Source: Camelus dromedarius (taxonomy: Eukaryota). From it: a DNA stretch of 64,000 nt. Within the stretch, counting starts at the first letter, position 1; every line of letters starts with the position of its first letter. The stretch is taken from assembly GCF_036321535.1 (NCBI RefSeq), contig NC_087448.1:53692001-53756000 (forward strand), read 5' to 3'. This document shows, piece after piece, positions 37,754 through 51,400 of the stretch. A program made the position numbers and the translations under genes. The notes beneath the pieces were generated by a model. It saw nothing but the letters and a program-made list of their open reading frames with translations, was not told where the DNA came from and ran no database searches.

Positions 37754-38940
37754 CCAACTCTCAGAGCCTTTGGTTGAAAAAACCCAAATATCCATCCATA
37801 CCTCCACTATCCCTCCTCCTTGTTACCTTACGCACTGGTGGGAACTCCAGGGGGCTTGATTTAAAAATTGTGGAACTACATATATTATTATTTCAAATCA
37901 TCATGTTGTACCCCTTAAACTTATCCAGGGTTAAAACCATCTTTTATTATCAATAAAAATGTATTGCATTATTATTTACCTTATATCTAACAAGATATTG
38001 GTCCACTGAGTTCTCTGATGGAAGGCGGAAACTGTTGAGGGCTTAACGGTATAAGGAAACGCAATCTCACTTACCCATCACAACACCCCTCAGAGGCAGG
38101 TACTGGCTACCTGATTTTCTTGCTCTCATCCCCTTCCTTCCTCTTCTATTTGTCTGTTTCTCTCTCTGTCTCTCTCCTTCCTTCCTTCCTCGCTCCCTCC
38201 CTTCCTTCCGTTTCTTCAGTTTGTTTCTTTTTTTTAACCAAGCCTTGTTCCAAAAACATTTTGAGCCCACCTACAAAGATATATCCAAACCTAAGACCTA
38301 AACCAATAAAAGCATGTGATCAGTGAGAAGGAGTAATTAGCATAGATGAAATAAGAAAGCAGGGAAGAGCTTTAAGATTTCAAACACATGGTTAGGTCTG
38401 CACATTTTGCTAGAAGTAGGCTGAAAATCTAGCTCCGAGTCCTCTAGATGCTAAATGCAAAAAAGGAAACACATCAGTTACCTAACCCCGCTGTCTACAT
38501 GAGACAAACCAGTTTTCTTAGGGCAGCAGGACTGAGGTCTGACAGCAGTATCTCCACTCTGGAGAAGAGGACGCTTGTAGGATGTAGTAGATACAAGCGT
38601 TGTGTTTCTTATAATGTCTCTCATTGAAGGCTGATGGCTTAGGCACCTGTATTCCTACTTTAGAGAGCAGGAACCAGAAGCTCAGAGAAGTTAAGGTTCA
38701 TCTCTGAGATCACACAGCTGGACAGAGGAGCAGCAGGATTCCAATGCTCCAGTCTTTTCTCATCTCCCGCGCGGTCTACTCATAGTGCCTTCGCATTGCC
38801 ATTAGGCACTCATTTCATTCATCCATCCATCCATCCCTCCATCCATTCATCCAGCAATTATTCATTAAGTATAAAATATGTCTAGCCCCATGGGTGCTAT
38901 AAAGAAATCAAACTCTTTTGGCATGCCCCCTTCCCCCCAC

Positions 38941-39185
38941 ATATGATATTATATACCTGGAAGGGGCCAAGAGAGTAGATGTTAAACATCTTACCACACA
39001 CATACACACACATACACACACAAGGTAACTATGTGAGGTGATGGATGTGTTAACTAACCTTATTGTGGTGACCATTTCACAATATATACATGTATCAAAT
39101 CATCATGTTGTACCCCTTAAACTTATCCAGTGCTATATGTCAATCCTATTTCAATAAAGGTGGGGAAATTTTTTGTAAAAAAAGA
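38941..39185 (+). mobile_element. L1MA-type 3' end (a second short piece at ~37857-37960)
   Basis: gtaactatgtgaggtgatggatgtgttaactaacc...atcatgttgtaccccttaaacttat...aataaag, a typical L1MA 3' terminus. Confidence 0.75.
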
Positions 39186-39390
39186 AAAAAAAAGAAATCG
39201 AGGCTTCTGTTGTAAGAAAGTAGTATATAACTTTCTATAATACTTCACTAAATTCTCAGCTCTCCTTTATACCAATACTCCATAGATGCACTAAGAGAAG
39301 GCTCTCTCCCATCATATTTTAGCAAGGCCTTTGATGAAATCTAGTCTAAAGCCCTAGACCTGTCCTGTCCTTCTTGTTGTGGAGTGTCTT

Positions 39391-39484
39391 TTTTTTTTTT
39401 TTTAAATGGAGTTATTGGGGATTGAACCCAGGACCTTGTGCAGGCCAGGCATGCACTCTACCACTGAGCTATAGCCTCCTGGCT
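39391..39484 (-). mobile_element. tRNA-Ala-derived SINE, more diverged
   Basis: Same family. TSD tggagtgtctt (39380-39390) / tggggtgtctt (39485-39495). Confidence 0.85.
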
Positions 39485-42400
39485 TGGGGTGTCTTATTTC
39501 TTGGCTCATGGATGTTCATGGGATTATGCGATAAATTCCTTCATTTACAAATATTTATGGCTGACTACTGCAAGCCAGGCATCGTTCTTCCTTTCAGGTG
39601 AGGTATATCTGTGCTGCCCTACACTCTGAAAACATGAAATAATGTTAAAGGTAAAGAGAATAAACAAGGTCTCTGAATGTAGACTCGGCTTTTCCTCTGA
39701 CAGGACTTTTCGATTTTACAGCACAGTGAGAAACTGGAGAGAAATACTCATAGAGGCAGAAAATAAGACTGGATTTTAAGGATCAAGGGCAGGGATGAGG
39801 AATAAAGGAGAGAATTACAGTGTTGGGTGAGAAAGAAAATTAAAGATCACAGTACAGTGAAAAAACAGAGGAAATATTTTAGCATAAAAATTGCAGGACC
39901 CGTTCAAATAAAAGAAGGGGAAACAGAGTTAGTTTAAAACCATGTGATTTTTTAAACCATGGCAGGTAGGACAAGATGGAAAACCTTGAGCATCTGGAAA
40001 ACCACAGTTTTCTAAGACATTTATAAATGAAGAGGATCAACTTGGAGAAGCCAAACAGTGAGACAGCCTTCAAACTAAAAAAATCCAAAACCCTTCCGTG
40101 ATTTAATAGCTAAAGGAAAAGAGAACAGATTGAATTAGTTTACAAGGTGAATTGGAGATGGAATAGCCAACAGCCTAAATTACTGTAATACAGTTCGTTG
40201 TTTGTTGGGCTCGGACATGAATTGATATCTGGAGAGAAATCTCTTTTACCATCAGAATGAGCTGTAAGTCCTGGAAACACAGCTCCAACATATAGAGACA
40301 GAAGGCACCTTAGAAATAATTTTTAGTACAACTCTCTCATTTTATAGATAAGGAGACTGAAGTTACGACAAGATGAAATGCTTCGTCTAAGCACAAGTCC
40401 TCAAAGCCATGCCAGGCTAGAGTTTGTAAACGCAGTTGCTCAAAGAGCAGAACAGGAAGAGGGACCATTAACAGAGCCGTTAACATCCAGAACTGAGAAG
40501 AGGCCCTTTACCTAATTGAACTGAGTGAGCAAACGACTGCAGTTTCACAAAGCAGCGAGGCAGGAAGAGGGCGGGGAGTAATTAATGCAAAAACAAGCAG
40601 ATCAGACCATTTCTAAGAAGGATGTTGCTGGGGTTAGAATCAAATATTAGGTACGTTACACTGTATTAATAGGTTTACCTAAAAAAAAAACGCATCTGTT
40701 TTAATTCTTCCATATTTGATGGTTTGGGTTATAATAATATTAGTAAGATTCATGAGGATAATTGACAAGGGTTTGTTTGCAAATTACTGGCACCTTGTTG
40801 GTAGCTGACCCTAGAGGGGTCCCTGCCCTCACAGGATGGGCTGTGGCATTTGGACCAAAAACTAAGTGGCTGAGGAGGACAGGCGTGTCCCTTCCGGAGT
40901 GTGAACAAACAAGCAGTTTCTTGGACTCTGTTTTACCACTCCTGCAGTATGGAGGCCCTTTTAAATGACCACATTCACTGTATTTTGCCAGGAACCGTTT
41001 TAAGGTCTTTTACAAATCAGTGCTCAATTTTGGAACCCCATTTCAGAATCACTGCACAAATCATAAATTTAAGAAGACAAATCCTAAATCATTCATCTAA
41101 GTCGCATCTTGCTGCTAGTTTTTCTGTGAGCACTTATCTTTATTAAATCAATAATGATAAACTCCCAGGACATTTGGCCAAAGAAAGTACCAGTTATTCT
41201 TTTTTATAAGATTATTTTTACAGTCATAAAAAAATTAAAAACTGCCCTCCCCCCACCCCAAACTGCAAAAGCCACAAAACCTGTTCATTCCTTTAAGTCA
41301 GCGAATTTTGAGTCTCTGTTTAAAGGAGGCTAGTATTTTCCAGATCGGTAGTGAAAAGAGACTTTCTGAGAATGACTTCTTATAAGAAAAGCACCTGACT
41401 CAAATTCCCTGAAGTCTGAATGGAGAAACTATTTGTAGGCGTTTACTATAGAACCCAGGGCTGCAGAATTTACAGAAGGAAGGGCATTCTCTAAAAGTAA
41501 AAATGGAAGCTGAATTTTCTCTGAGGCGTTTCATAACTGACAATGAAAAGCAGCAGAAAGGTTAATAAAAGGTGACAGAGTGCTGGCAGATGTGGAACAA
41601 AATGGCTCATGGGCTCATCATTTCTGAAAGGAGGTGATGCTATACTGGTCAGTATTTTGATTCAATGGATTGATACCCAATTATATAACTGCCAGGATCA
41701 GAGCAGCATCTGTAACCCGGCATCACATTGCCAAGGGACTCTTTTGAATGTGCCCTACTTTTCCTGCAACTTGACACAGTGGGTAAAGTAAAACTGGAAA
41801 CTCAGGACCCAAATTCCAACCTTTACCTCAACAAGTTCAGTCCGTATCCAGGGGGATATTGCAGAACTTCCGAACACCTCATTGAGCAGTAAGTAACCCC
41901 AAACAACACGTCACCCAGAACGCATTAATACTGCAACTCTTAACGTTAGACTATGACGGTTAAAGAAGTGAAACATAAAATACCTGGGACTCCAAAGCCA
42001 AATAAAATCCCCATAAATTTTTTTAAAAGCCACCATGCTGAAGTTACATCAGATAAGGAAGGAGTTTGCCTTCCACCTAATCCTGTTCCCTTCCTTTTAC
42101 AAAGCAGAACACTGTAGGGGGTCTAGCCGTCAGTACCTTACTGTGTGTGCTTGGGAAACTATTTCTCTGTGGACACAGACGTTCCAGACTTTCACATAAA
42201 GGTTGATTCTGAAAATGTATTTTTAAAATGCCTTTGTTTTTAAGAAACCAACTAATTATTAATGGCCTCAAATACAGATGGCCACTTAAAAGAGGCTCTT
42301 ATGAATTCTTTTGTCTAAAATCTCTTTTAGATTGTCTTTTCTCTCCCTGCAGATACACTGATTCTCCCAAGGCGGCTGCAGAGGGCGGAATCCTCTCTGC

Positions 42401-45400
42401 AGTCTTGGAGGTAAATGTGGCAGGAACGAGGATCGGGAAGGCTACCCCAGCACAGACCTGGCAGATCTCCTCTCTACTGTGGGTGTAGACACTCCTAGGA
42501 AGCCAGCAGCCCAGATTGCTCCAAACAGGCCGAACCTGATGTTGCTCTGTGAGTCTCTGTGGTTTGAACATTCAGTTGAGGGGCCCCTGAAGCTGTATTA
42601 GCCCCGCACCCAGAGCCCAGCTCTGTCCCCAGCTGAGGCACACCCAACTCCCCGCCTCCTCCATGGCACACCCTGATGCCTCTTCTTTACCAAGTGGCCC
42701 AACCCTATTAAGGATGTGACACAGAGCAAACCTCTTTCAAGCAAAGGGGATATCCCAGGCTGGGGTTGGGGAGCCCCTCACTGCCTTGGCTTCTCCTTCC
42801 CTGGGTGTAGACAACAATACTCCTGGTGTTTACATCTAGAAAAGCCACAGCCTCCCTTCATTTCACACTCACCATAAGGACTTAAGATCTGGCCTTTCCC
42901 TGACTGAAAGCTCAGGGGACCCCAAATATATCTTTTCAAAAAGCTGGATATTATCACGGGCTAGTTGATGATCCACCATGACACTGTTATCTCAATGTCA
43001 GACATCACTGATTCATTCATTCATTCACTCCACCTACAAGTCTGCGTGCAAAGCACTGCCCTGGCTGCCGGGTTACAAGCACAGGGGCCACAAAGACTGA
43101 GGCTTCATAACGCCCACGGGTAAATGTCAAGTTTCAAAGGCAACACAGAGACTGCAGCTCGTTACTGCGAAATAGCACAGTAAAAAGAGTTCTGAAGATC
43201 AACAATGAACAAGTGAAAAGGCTAAACACAGGGCTGCGAGGGGATAAAAAAAAGATTAGATAAGAGTAAGAAATCACAGAAGCTTATAAAAAAATATTGA
43301 ACATCTCAATCAGCCCATGCAATACAGGTAGTCAGATCATTTATACCCGTGGACATCTCCAGAATGAAATAACTGGCAGGGAGTGGAAGAGAGAGCGTGG
43401 GGTCCAGGAGACCTAGGCTGCTACCTGTCTGTGTAATGCCAGGCTCTGTTTTGCCTCCTGGGACCAAAGTTTCCTCATATGTAAATTGAGAGATGAAGTC
43501 CTTTCCATGCTAAAATTTCCAAAAGTTCCCGAGCCGACAAGTGCGTGCACAAGTTAGAGCCAAGGTAAGGTGTATTTCAAATGAGCCTAGAAATAGGGCC
43601 AGGAGCCATCTGGAGCTGTGGCCATGGTCCTAAGGCCTCTTCTGGGGAGGTCCCTCCTCTCAGGGGGACCCAGCGTCTCCCAGCCCCGCCTGGCTCCTGC
43701 TCTTACCTCAGCTGCAAGTAAAGCTCTGTCCTCACGCATTCTCCTCACTGACCAAGGCAGATGCCCACTGCTCAGCCGCTCGACTGCTCAGCACAGAACA
43801 GGGAAGTTACCAGAATGGCACGTGAGGTCTGCTTTCTGGGCTGCCACCGCGTCCATCTTAAGTCACTCTGACCCAGTTCACTCTGAGTGTCTAGGCAAAC
43901 CTGTATACAAACTGCCCCAGAAAGAGAACCATCTGCTATTTTCTAAAAAATATCCAAATAAGGAAACCCTACAACGTCTCAGGTGTCTCACATCCCTACC
44001 CTGTAACCTAAGTCTTTCCTGATACGATTAAAGCTCCCTTTTCTTGGGCTGTTCTCAGAGGGAGTTACAGAAGCTGCTCGATCCATAAAAATTCCGTCAC
44101 ATGCCTTGGTGATTGCCATGGGGCCTTTAAAAAAAAATTCTTTTAACCTGTTTTGGAGTGGCTTTTTCCCCTCCAAATCTTTAATAGTTTTCTTTGCTAT
44201 CTTCTAGGTCTATTCCAAGCCCCTTAAATGACAGAAGAATAACAGAGTCATAGGATGTAGAGGTAAAGGGACCTTAGGGACTTTCTATCTGGCCACCCTC
44301 CTCCTGTCACAGAGAGTGAAATGACACCCAGGTGAAAGGGTGTACCCAGCGTCACAGACCCCGCTGGGACTGGAGTCCCGGCCCCTTATCTCTCCTCTTG
44401 CCTTTATAATAAGTTTTCAAACCTAGAAGGGCATGCTCTTCTTTAAGTAAGACCCACTCAACATATAGTAAAGTATAATTCCCCTGTGATTTCGAATATC
44501 TCATGAATATAATTTCATGTACGTTTCCCGCACACGAGGAACTTAATCTAGGCATTGAGAAGGCAGCGTCCACATCTGGGCTACAAACAACGTGTGTCAA
44601 ATACCACGTACACAGCCTACTGGCACCTCCTGGGTGACAATGACCGAGGCAAAGTGAATGCTCCCTGTATTCACCTGTACATCCATTCTTGACTTTGCAG
44701 GAAGGACTACACTAAAATAACTCACCCCGAGGCAGTGTTCTAAAGAGAAAATGCCAGATTCAAAGATGAATACTAACATGATCCCTTTAAGACTTCTGAA
44801 ATCAGCAAGGTTCAGATGCTCTGTTCTTTTGGCTGCTGAGTGGGGCTCAGTGAGCCTTTTCTCCTCTGAGCCCCGGCTCAGACCTCTGCACCCTGGCCCC
44901 CATGGCCACATCCATTCCTTCCAGCAGATTATGAGATCACAAATGATAAGATGTCTCACAGTAACGCCACGTGTCTGGCATCTGGCAGGTACCCAGGAAA
45001 TTAGCTGTAGCCAGGAGCAAACCAACCCATAAACTAATGGTACCCAAGGCTTCAGAAGGCTACTATCACATTCTTGGAGGAGTTTAACAAAAAATATTCT
45101 TGTGTATATTCTTATCAGATCCCTCCCGCTGAAAGATACAAACATCAGAACAAAGCAAGTGGATGCGTCAAGTTTACAGGAAACCACTTTGCGGGACAAA
45201 CGACTTTGAGGAGTTAATATGGGGACCAAAGAGTTGATATAGGGCTAGGGTCCCTAGGTAGTCTTTAACTAGCCTGGGAATGCTTCCTGGCCCCACCCAG
45301 CCAGCCACCCCCAGCCAGCCACCGGAGGGTTCTGTCTTGGGTAGCGGAGCCCCAGGCTGGGCTTCTTTAGGCAGTTTCTATAAACCCTGCTGGCCGCCGC

Positions 45401-48400
45401 AGATGCTCTCATCTCTACCTGCCTACACAGTGTCTGACTTGGAGCTAAGTCCTGCCAAGGTGGGAGGAAGGGGACTGCGGTGTGGAGGCAGAGCAGGACT
45501 GAAAGGAGGGTAAAAACCAGCCAGGATGCACAAACTCCACACAGGAACACACAGGAAATAATTAGGATTGGCTGTTAGAGTTCATCTGAATGTAATCTGC
45601 ACATCACTATCTGGACTATGAAATCCATCCTCTGGTCATTCTAAGTGTCTGCCACTCGGTGGATTCATACATTTATTTGTACATTTCTTCTTTCCACAAA
45701 TATCTGCCAACTACCTACTCTATGCCAGGTCGTGGGTTAGATACTGGCAACCAAAAGATAAGGTGGGGCTGACCTGTTTATTAGGGGAGAGAGGCACCAG
45801 TCACTAGAATTCGGGGAGACTTTTTAGATCCACAGGAAGGGGCAAAATAGCTCTTCCCTGGGGAGCCAAGCATGGCGCCCGGGAAGAAGTGACATGTGAC
45901 CTGGTTTCCACAGACAAGGAGGAGATTGCGCAAAGATCAGTCAGCCTTTTCCTTACTCATGTAGAATGATGCATCTGTATTCTCTCCGTAGAAAGGTTAT
46001 CTCTGCTAGAATCAGAGAAAACAAGAGCTAAAGGAAGAATGAGAAGACCAGTTAGTCGACGCTAAACGTTTCACGTGCGTTATCACATTTAACTCCACCA
46101 TAGCCCTACGGAGCACTATCATGATTTCCTCTTCATAGATGAGGGAACTGAGATTTAAGTAACTGTCCCAGGGTTACGCTGCCCTGAACTGGGGGAGCCT
46201 CACACTTGTGCTAGGTGGGGACAGCACCCGACACTGGCCTCCAGGCTACTGGCGACATGGACGTGGGCCTTGCTGGAAGCACCTTTCCTAGCGCCTCTGG
46301 CCCTTGAATTTCTGTGTCTCAAGGTTCTCTTCTCTCCTCTGGGGTTACTCAGCTCTGAGCTCATGTAAATCGGGCACACACTCACACTTCTGCAAGATGA
46401 CTTATGACAGGGGCTATTCCTGGGTTCTTTTAAGAAGTTCTAAGTTCTCTCCAGCTCCTCAGCATCTCAAGGAAAGAGCTAAGAAGAGTAAGAACCCACC
46501 AGGCTTGATCTTGCCCACTCCTGCCTGGCTCCCCTGCCTCCAGTGGACAGAGGGATCCTCTCCGTGAGCAGCCTCTGCACCTGTCAACCCCTCACTTTTA
46601 ATAACGCACTGGCCTTGTCCCAGGCACTGGAGATCAAAGATGACTAGCAAATAGTCCTTGCTCTTGAGGGAACACACAGTCCCGTGAAGGAAAATGTGCC
46701 ACTTAAAAACCACAATCATCTTAACACTTTAAAGGTATTATTATCGTGGTGTTAGGGGAGCCCAGAGCAGGAAGCACTTAACTCTGCCCTAGAAGAGAGG
46801 GGAAAGCTTTCCAAAGAAGGTGATGTTGACTCTTGAGCTACATCTTAGAGAACCAATAGAAGTTTTCCAAAGAGACAAAATGGGAAAGGGCACTTCACTT
46901 CATGTAAGAGAAAACAGCCCTACAGAGTGAGGAGACAGGCAGCAGCCCATGGAGGAGACTGCTGGGGGTTGAGTCTGACTGGCGAGGGATGTGGGAGGCA
47001 GAACCCCAGGAGGGGAGCTGGGGGACATGCCACCGTGGTTCCTTTCCTCACTAGCTCATTTCCAGAAGGAAAACCTTGGTGATCTAGGCTCTCTCCCCTG
47101 GCTTTCTTCAGTTACAACGCTTACTGGAATACAAATACTCCTCCACCTTCTCAAATGGCAAAATGATTCTGCCCAGAAACCATTTCGGTGCACGTGTATA
47201 CACACAGCTGCCTCCCTGTGGCACCATCTCCCGTTAGACAGAGTGGCTCTGCAAAGTGAGGAGGGAACTGGACATGATAGAAAATGGGAAAATGGGGGCC
47301 CTGAAAAGTGAAGTTGCTCCCCAAAGCCTCAAAGTGAGTCAGTGACTAATCAGAAAGGAGAAGTAGCACCTCTGGAATTTTAGTTTGGTCTAACCAAAGG
47401 GTGGGAAAAACACAAGTCAATTTCCATTTAAAGGAACCTAGGGGTTTAAAAAAAAATCCTTAAGACGTACAGTCCATGAAATGTACTTTACATCTTCCCC
47501 ACGGGGATGGAGAGGAGAATAAAGGGAGGAGCCTCTTCCCTGTGTTTCAAGAACAGCAGAGTCTGAGTTTACAGCTTCACCTGTGCTAGAACATGACTCA
47601 CCCTCTCCCAGGCTAAATGAGTGTGGAGGCAGTTCACGTGTCCCACAAACCTCATCCAGATGCGAACGATTTTATCTTCCTTTATGAAATTAAGCTTGCT
47701 ACATACATAAGAAGAATTAACTAGGAAGCAACATGGTGTGCCGAAAAGATGTCTGATTTTCTGATGCAACAGCTTCTTGCTGTGGACTTGTGTTCACGTT
47801 ACTTAAATTTTCTGAGCCTCAGTTTCTTCATATGTAAAAAGGTTTAATAGAAATCCTCAAAAAAGTAAGCCAACCAACAGAAAAGAAAACAACAGTTAAA
47901 TCCAACAGAAGAAAAGTGAGGGACTCTGATGAAGACGACGATTATTGAATTTAGAGACTGGAACTTAATGGAACAATTCTAGGATTTAATACTTGGCAGA
48001 AGTTAAGATCTGATTGAATGTTTACTTTGTTTATTGTCTATATGCCTTATATGCCTTTTGAAAATAAACTTCTTATGCAAACTTTAAAAAGAGGAAATAT
48101 TAATAGTGCAACCACAGTGTTCACTCCATACAGTTGCGTTAGAATTAAATGAGGTAAAGTGTTTAAATTGTATACAACAGTGCTTGAGAAGGAAAGAAGG
48201 AAGGAAGGAGGGAGGGAGGGAAGGAAAAAATAAATAAGAACCAGAACTTCTACAAAATCAACTTGGGGAACAAGGCCAATTTCCACTATATATTGTATGA
48301 AATAGTATGTAGAGTCACGGACTAAAATTCACACCTAACTGGATGTATGCAATGTGTGTGGGTGGGTGGAAATTTAGATTTCACACCAATGCTTTTATCT

Positions 48401-51400
48401 CCAAATGTTCTTAGCGTGGCTTCCTCTGGCGCTTGTACCACATTTCTCCTCCAGAGTCCTTGAAGTCATTTTCAAAAGGTCTTGCGGAACTAGTAGGTGA
48501 CACCAACTAGAAGCCAACAGCATTGGTGTTGGCTGATCTCATGTTGAGTGGTCAAGGGACTCCGGGCTTAGTCTTGTCTGAATACTTATTGTGGAAAGTA
48601 CCTTTTAACAGTTGAGGAAGTGTGGCCAGAGTGGGAAAATATAGAGCAATCTCAAGAAAAGCATGACCACATCCACTGTGAGTCATGAAGAGAAAAGAGA
48701 TCTTTGGGTATCTGTGATGAAGACCATTGGGCTACATCTCCTTACGCTCAGGTCCTCCAGTGCTTGGGGACCGAACCTGTTAGCCTCTTCTCTGCCTCTG
48801 TGTGTTATCCACTCCCTAACTCTCTAGGCATTTTCTCTGTTGTAGTTCGAGCTGGAAAAACACTAAGACGATGTGCAGCTGACACTTGTATACTGGCAAT
48901 GACAACAGAAGCTTCTATTCATTCTCAATAATGTGACCTCATTTTCTATGGGCTCCTTGGGGGAGTTCTTTTAGAATTTCTAAAAACAAGTTCGTTCTCA
49001 CAAAAAATGAGAAGCTACAGATAAACTGAGACAGGATTTTGTATTAGTTGAATGGGCTACACTTATCTTCACTTTGTTGGAAGCCACAGTTTGGTTGGCA
49101 AAGATTTACCAATGCCAATTTACAGAGGGACATGCTATAACATTTCTGTTAAATTTTAAAACAACCAAACAGCCTAGTTGAATCCCTTCATTATTCTTAT
49201 TTTGAGGACTTTGTAAAATAAAATCCTCAAGCATTTATTTGTTTGTTTTTTCAAATATGTTTGGTATACTAGCAGACCCATCAAAAGTAGAGCATTCTAC
49301 CTGATGGAAAATTAGGAATAATCATCGAATATTCAATCACAGAAAAGGATATTCAGACCTATTACAAAGTAGACGGTGGATCATGTTAGAAAATGCAGTG
49401 CAATTTAAACAGATATGGTTTACACATTTAAGAAACTGTGAATATTAAAATGGAAAAGAGACAAAGTGTGAATCTTGGCTTTGGCACTTAACTGGCTCTG
49501 TGAGCTTGGACTTAATCCTCCCTGAACCTCAGTTTGGTCATCTGGTATAAGAAGATGGTAACATCAAACTTATGCAGCTTTTGTGTGGAAATATGAGAAC
49601 AAATATATGTCAAGTGCTTAGCATAATCTAGCCAATAGCAAGGGCTCAATACTTAGCAGTGAGGATGCGTGCAGCAGAGCGAAACACGCACACAGATGGA
49701 TGAAACAGGGAAATGGGCCCAAGAGCAGACCCAGGGAACAGGCAGGACTTTTCCTGATTTTGTAGATGAGGAAACCAAGCTGCAGGAGGCTTCAGAGACT
49801 TGCTCAGGCACCACATTTCATAAAAGGCTGGAAAAGGAATCCAAATTTGCCTCCAAATTTGCTCTCTTCTTTATTCCACACCTGTTGTCTCGTGCACAGA
49901 AACTGTACTCAGACTCACAAGCCTTAAAAAATTGACATTATCTATGATATTTAATACGTTATATATTATACACATTATATTCAATCAGCAGACAGATTGT
50001 GTCCCAATTGTCCTTCCCTGTGGTCATAGGAAAGAAACAGAATCAGGGATATTTTGATGAAAAAAAACTCAACTTGAAAGACAATGAGGGAAGGGAAAAA
50101 TCTGAAAAAGTCCTCAAAGGTGTCTGCGATATTTCCAAAGGGAAAAACTGTAATGTTATAAAGCATTGGAAATGACAGGGTAAGTGCATCCACGTCTTTG
50201 AGATGAAGAAAGGGGGCTCGATAATGCAAAGCTGCATTCCTGCTCCTCATGTTCTCTTCACATCTACTATGTAACTTTCTCCATAAGGGATGCATATTCC
50301 AATCTTCTTTCTTGGTCTCGCTCTCCTGGTAACAGTCATGTGGGCTGATGGCATCAGGGAGGTGCAAGGATCCACATTTTAAAATGTTACACCTGAGGTT
50401 AACAAAGATGCAGTTCGAAGTCTAAATTTTGCCTGAGGAACAGCAAAAAGGAAGAGGATGCAAATTTTACACAAATGCACTTGTGCACCTCTTTACTTCA
50501 TACATTTGGATACACCGTTTGGACCAATTTCGGTGACAATGACTAGACTGAGGGATCAAAATGCAGGGTATTATTTAATTGTAAAGCAATTATTCCATCT
50601 ATTCACTTCCCTCTTGAAAACGCAACCAGAGAAAAAAGGAAAACAAATTATCCGGGAGAGTGCAATTCACATGCAGCATTCATTTGCCTGCCAAATTTGG
50701 TGTCTTGGCTTTTCTGTCTGTGGAGACAATAATCTCTTTTCCATTTTAGTTCAGTCAGTCAAGATGGTGTGTGTGTGTGTTTGAGAGAGAGAGAGAGGGG
50801 TTGGGGGAGAGAGAGAGGGACAGGTAGACACAGAGAGAGGGTGTGTAAGCGTGTCCATCCGTCCATGTAGCTGGTGCTAGACTAAAGCAAGAATCAATGC
50901 CACAACCACAAACTGTGGCTTTCTTGGCAAGTTCCTCAATTTAACATTTTAGCTTTTCCTTCCGCCAGAAAAAACAACTGACCATATTTGAGAAACAAGC
51001 CTCCTTAGAACTTAAAGTGGGGCTGAGGCAGGCATGGCTCTGAAGTTGAGCAAAACTTATTTTAACTCAGCAAGTGGGTCGCTTTTTACCTCTTTTTACC
51101 TCTATTCTTCAACTCACAATTAAAACCATCTTCCATTCTTTCACAGTTTTTAGAACACCTCTATTTGGCCACTACCATGTAATTATACATATGTGTGCTT
51201 AGGTATAAATACTAAATTGTTTATTTGTGCCTATCAGTCACAACAGTTAGAAAATGTGAGTGCCACTTGACTAAAGTGTTGTAACCCTTTTTGACTGAAA
51301 ACTTTTCAAAGCTTTTGAGGGCAGAGAGCATGTTCTGTGACCCACGCAGAGGCATCTAAGTTGGTAAAAACCAGTCAAATGCAAAGAGGGGCTGAATAAA

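Noticed and set aside
44597-45229. 210-aa minus-strand ORF in intron 1
   Set aside because: Starts at TTG, no recognisable domain, no convincing exon structure, and the length is within chance expectation.
48512-48534. 8-bp stem-loop AGCCAACA/TGTTGGCT
   Set aside because: Expected by chance and matches no RNA family I recognise.
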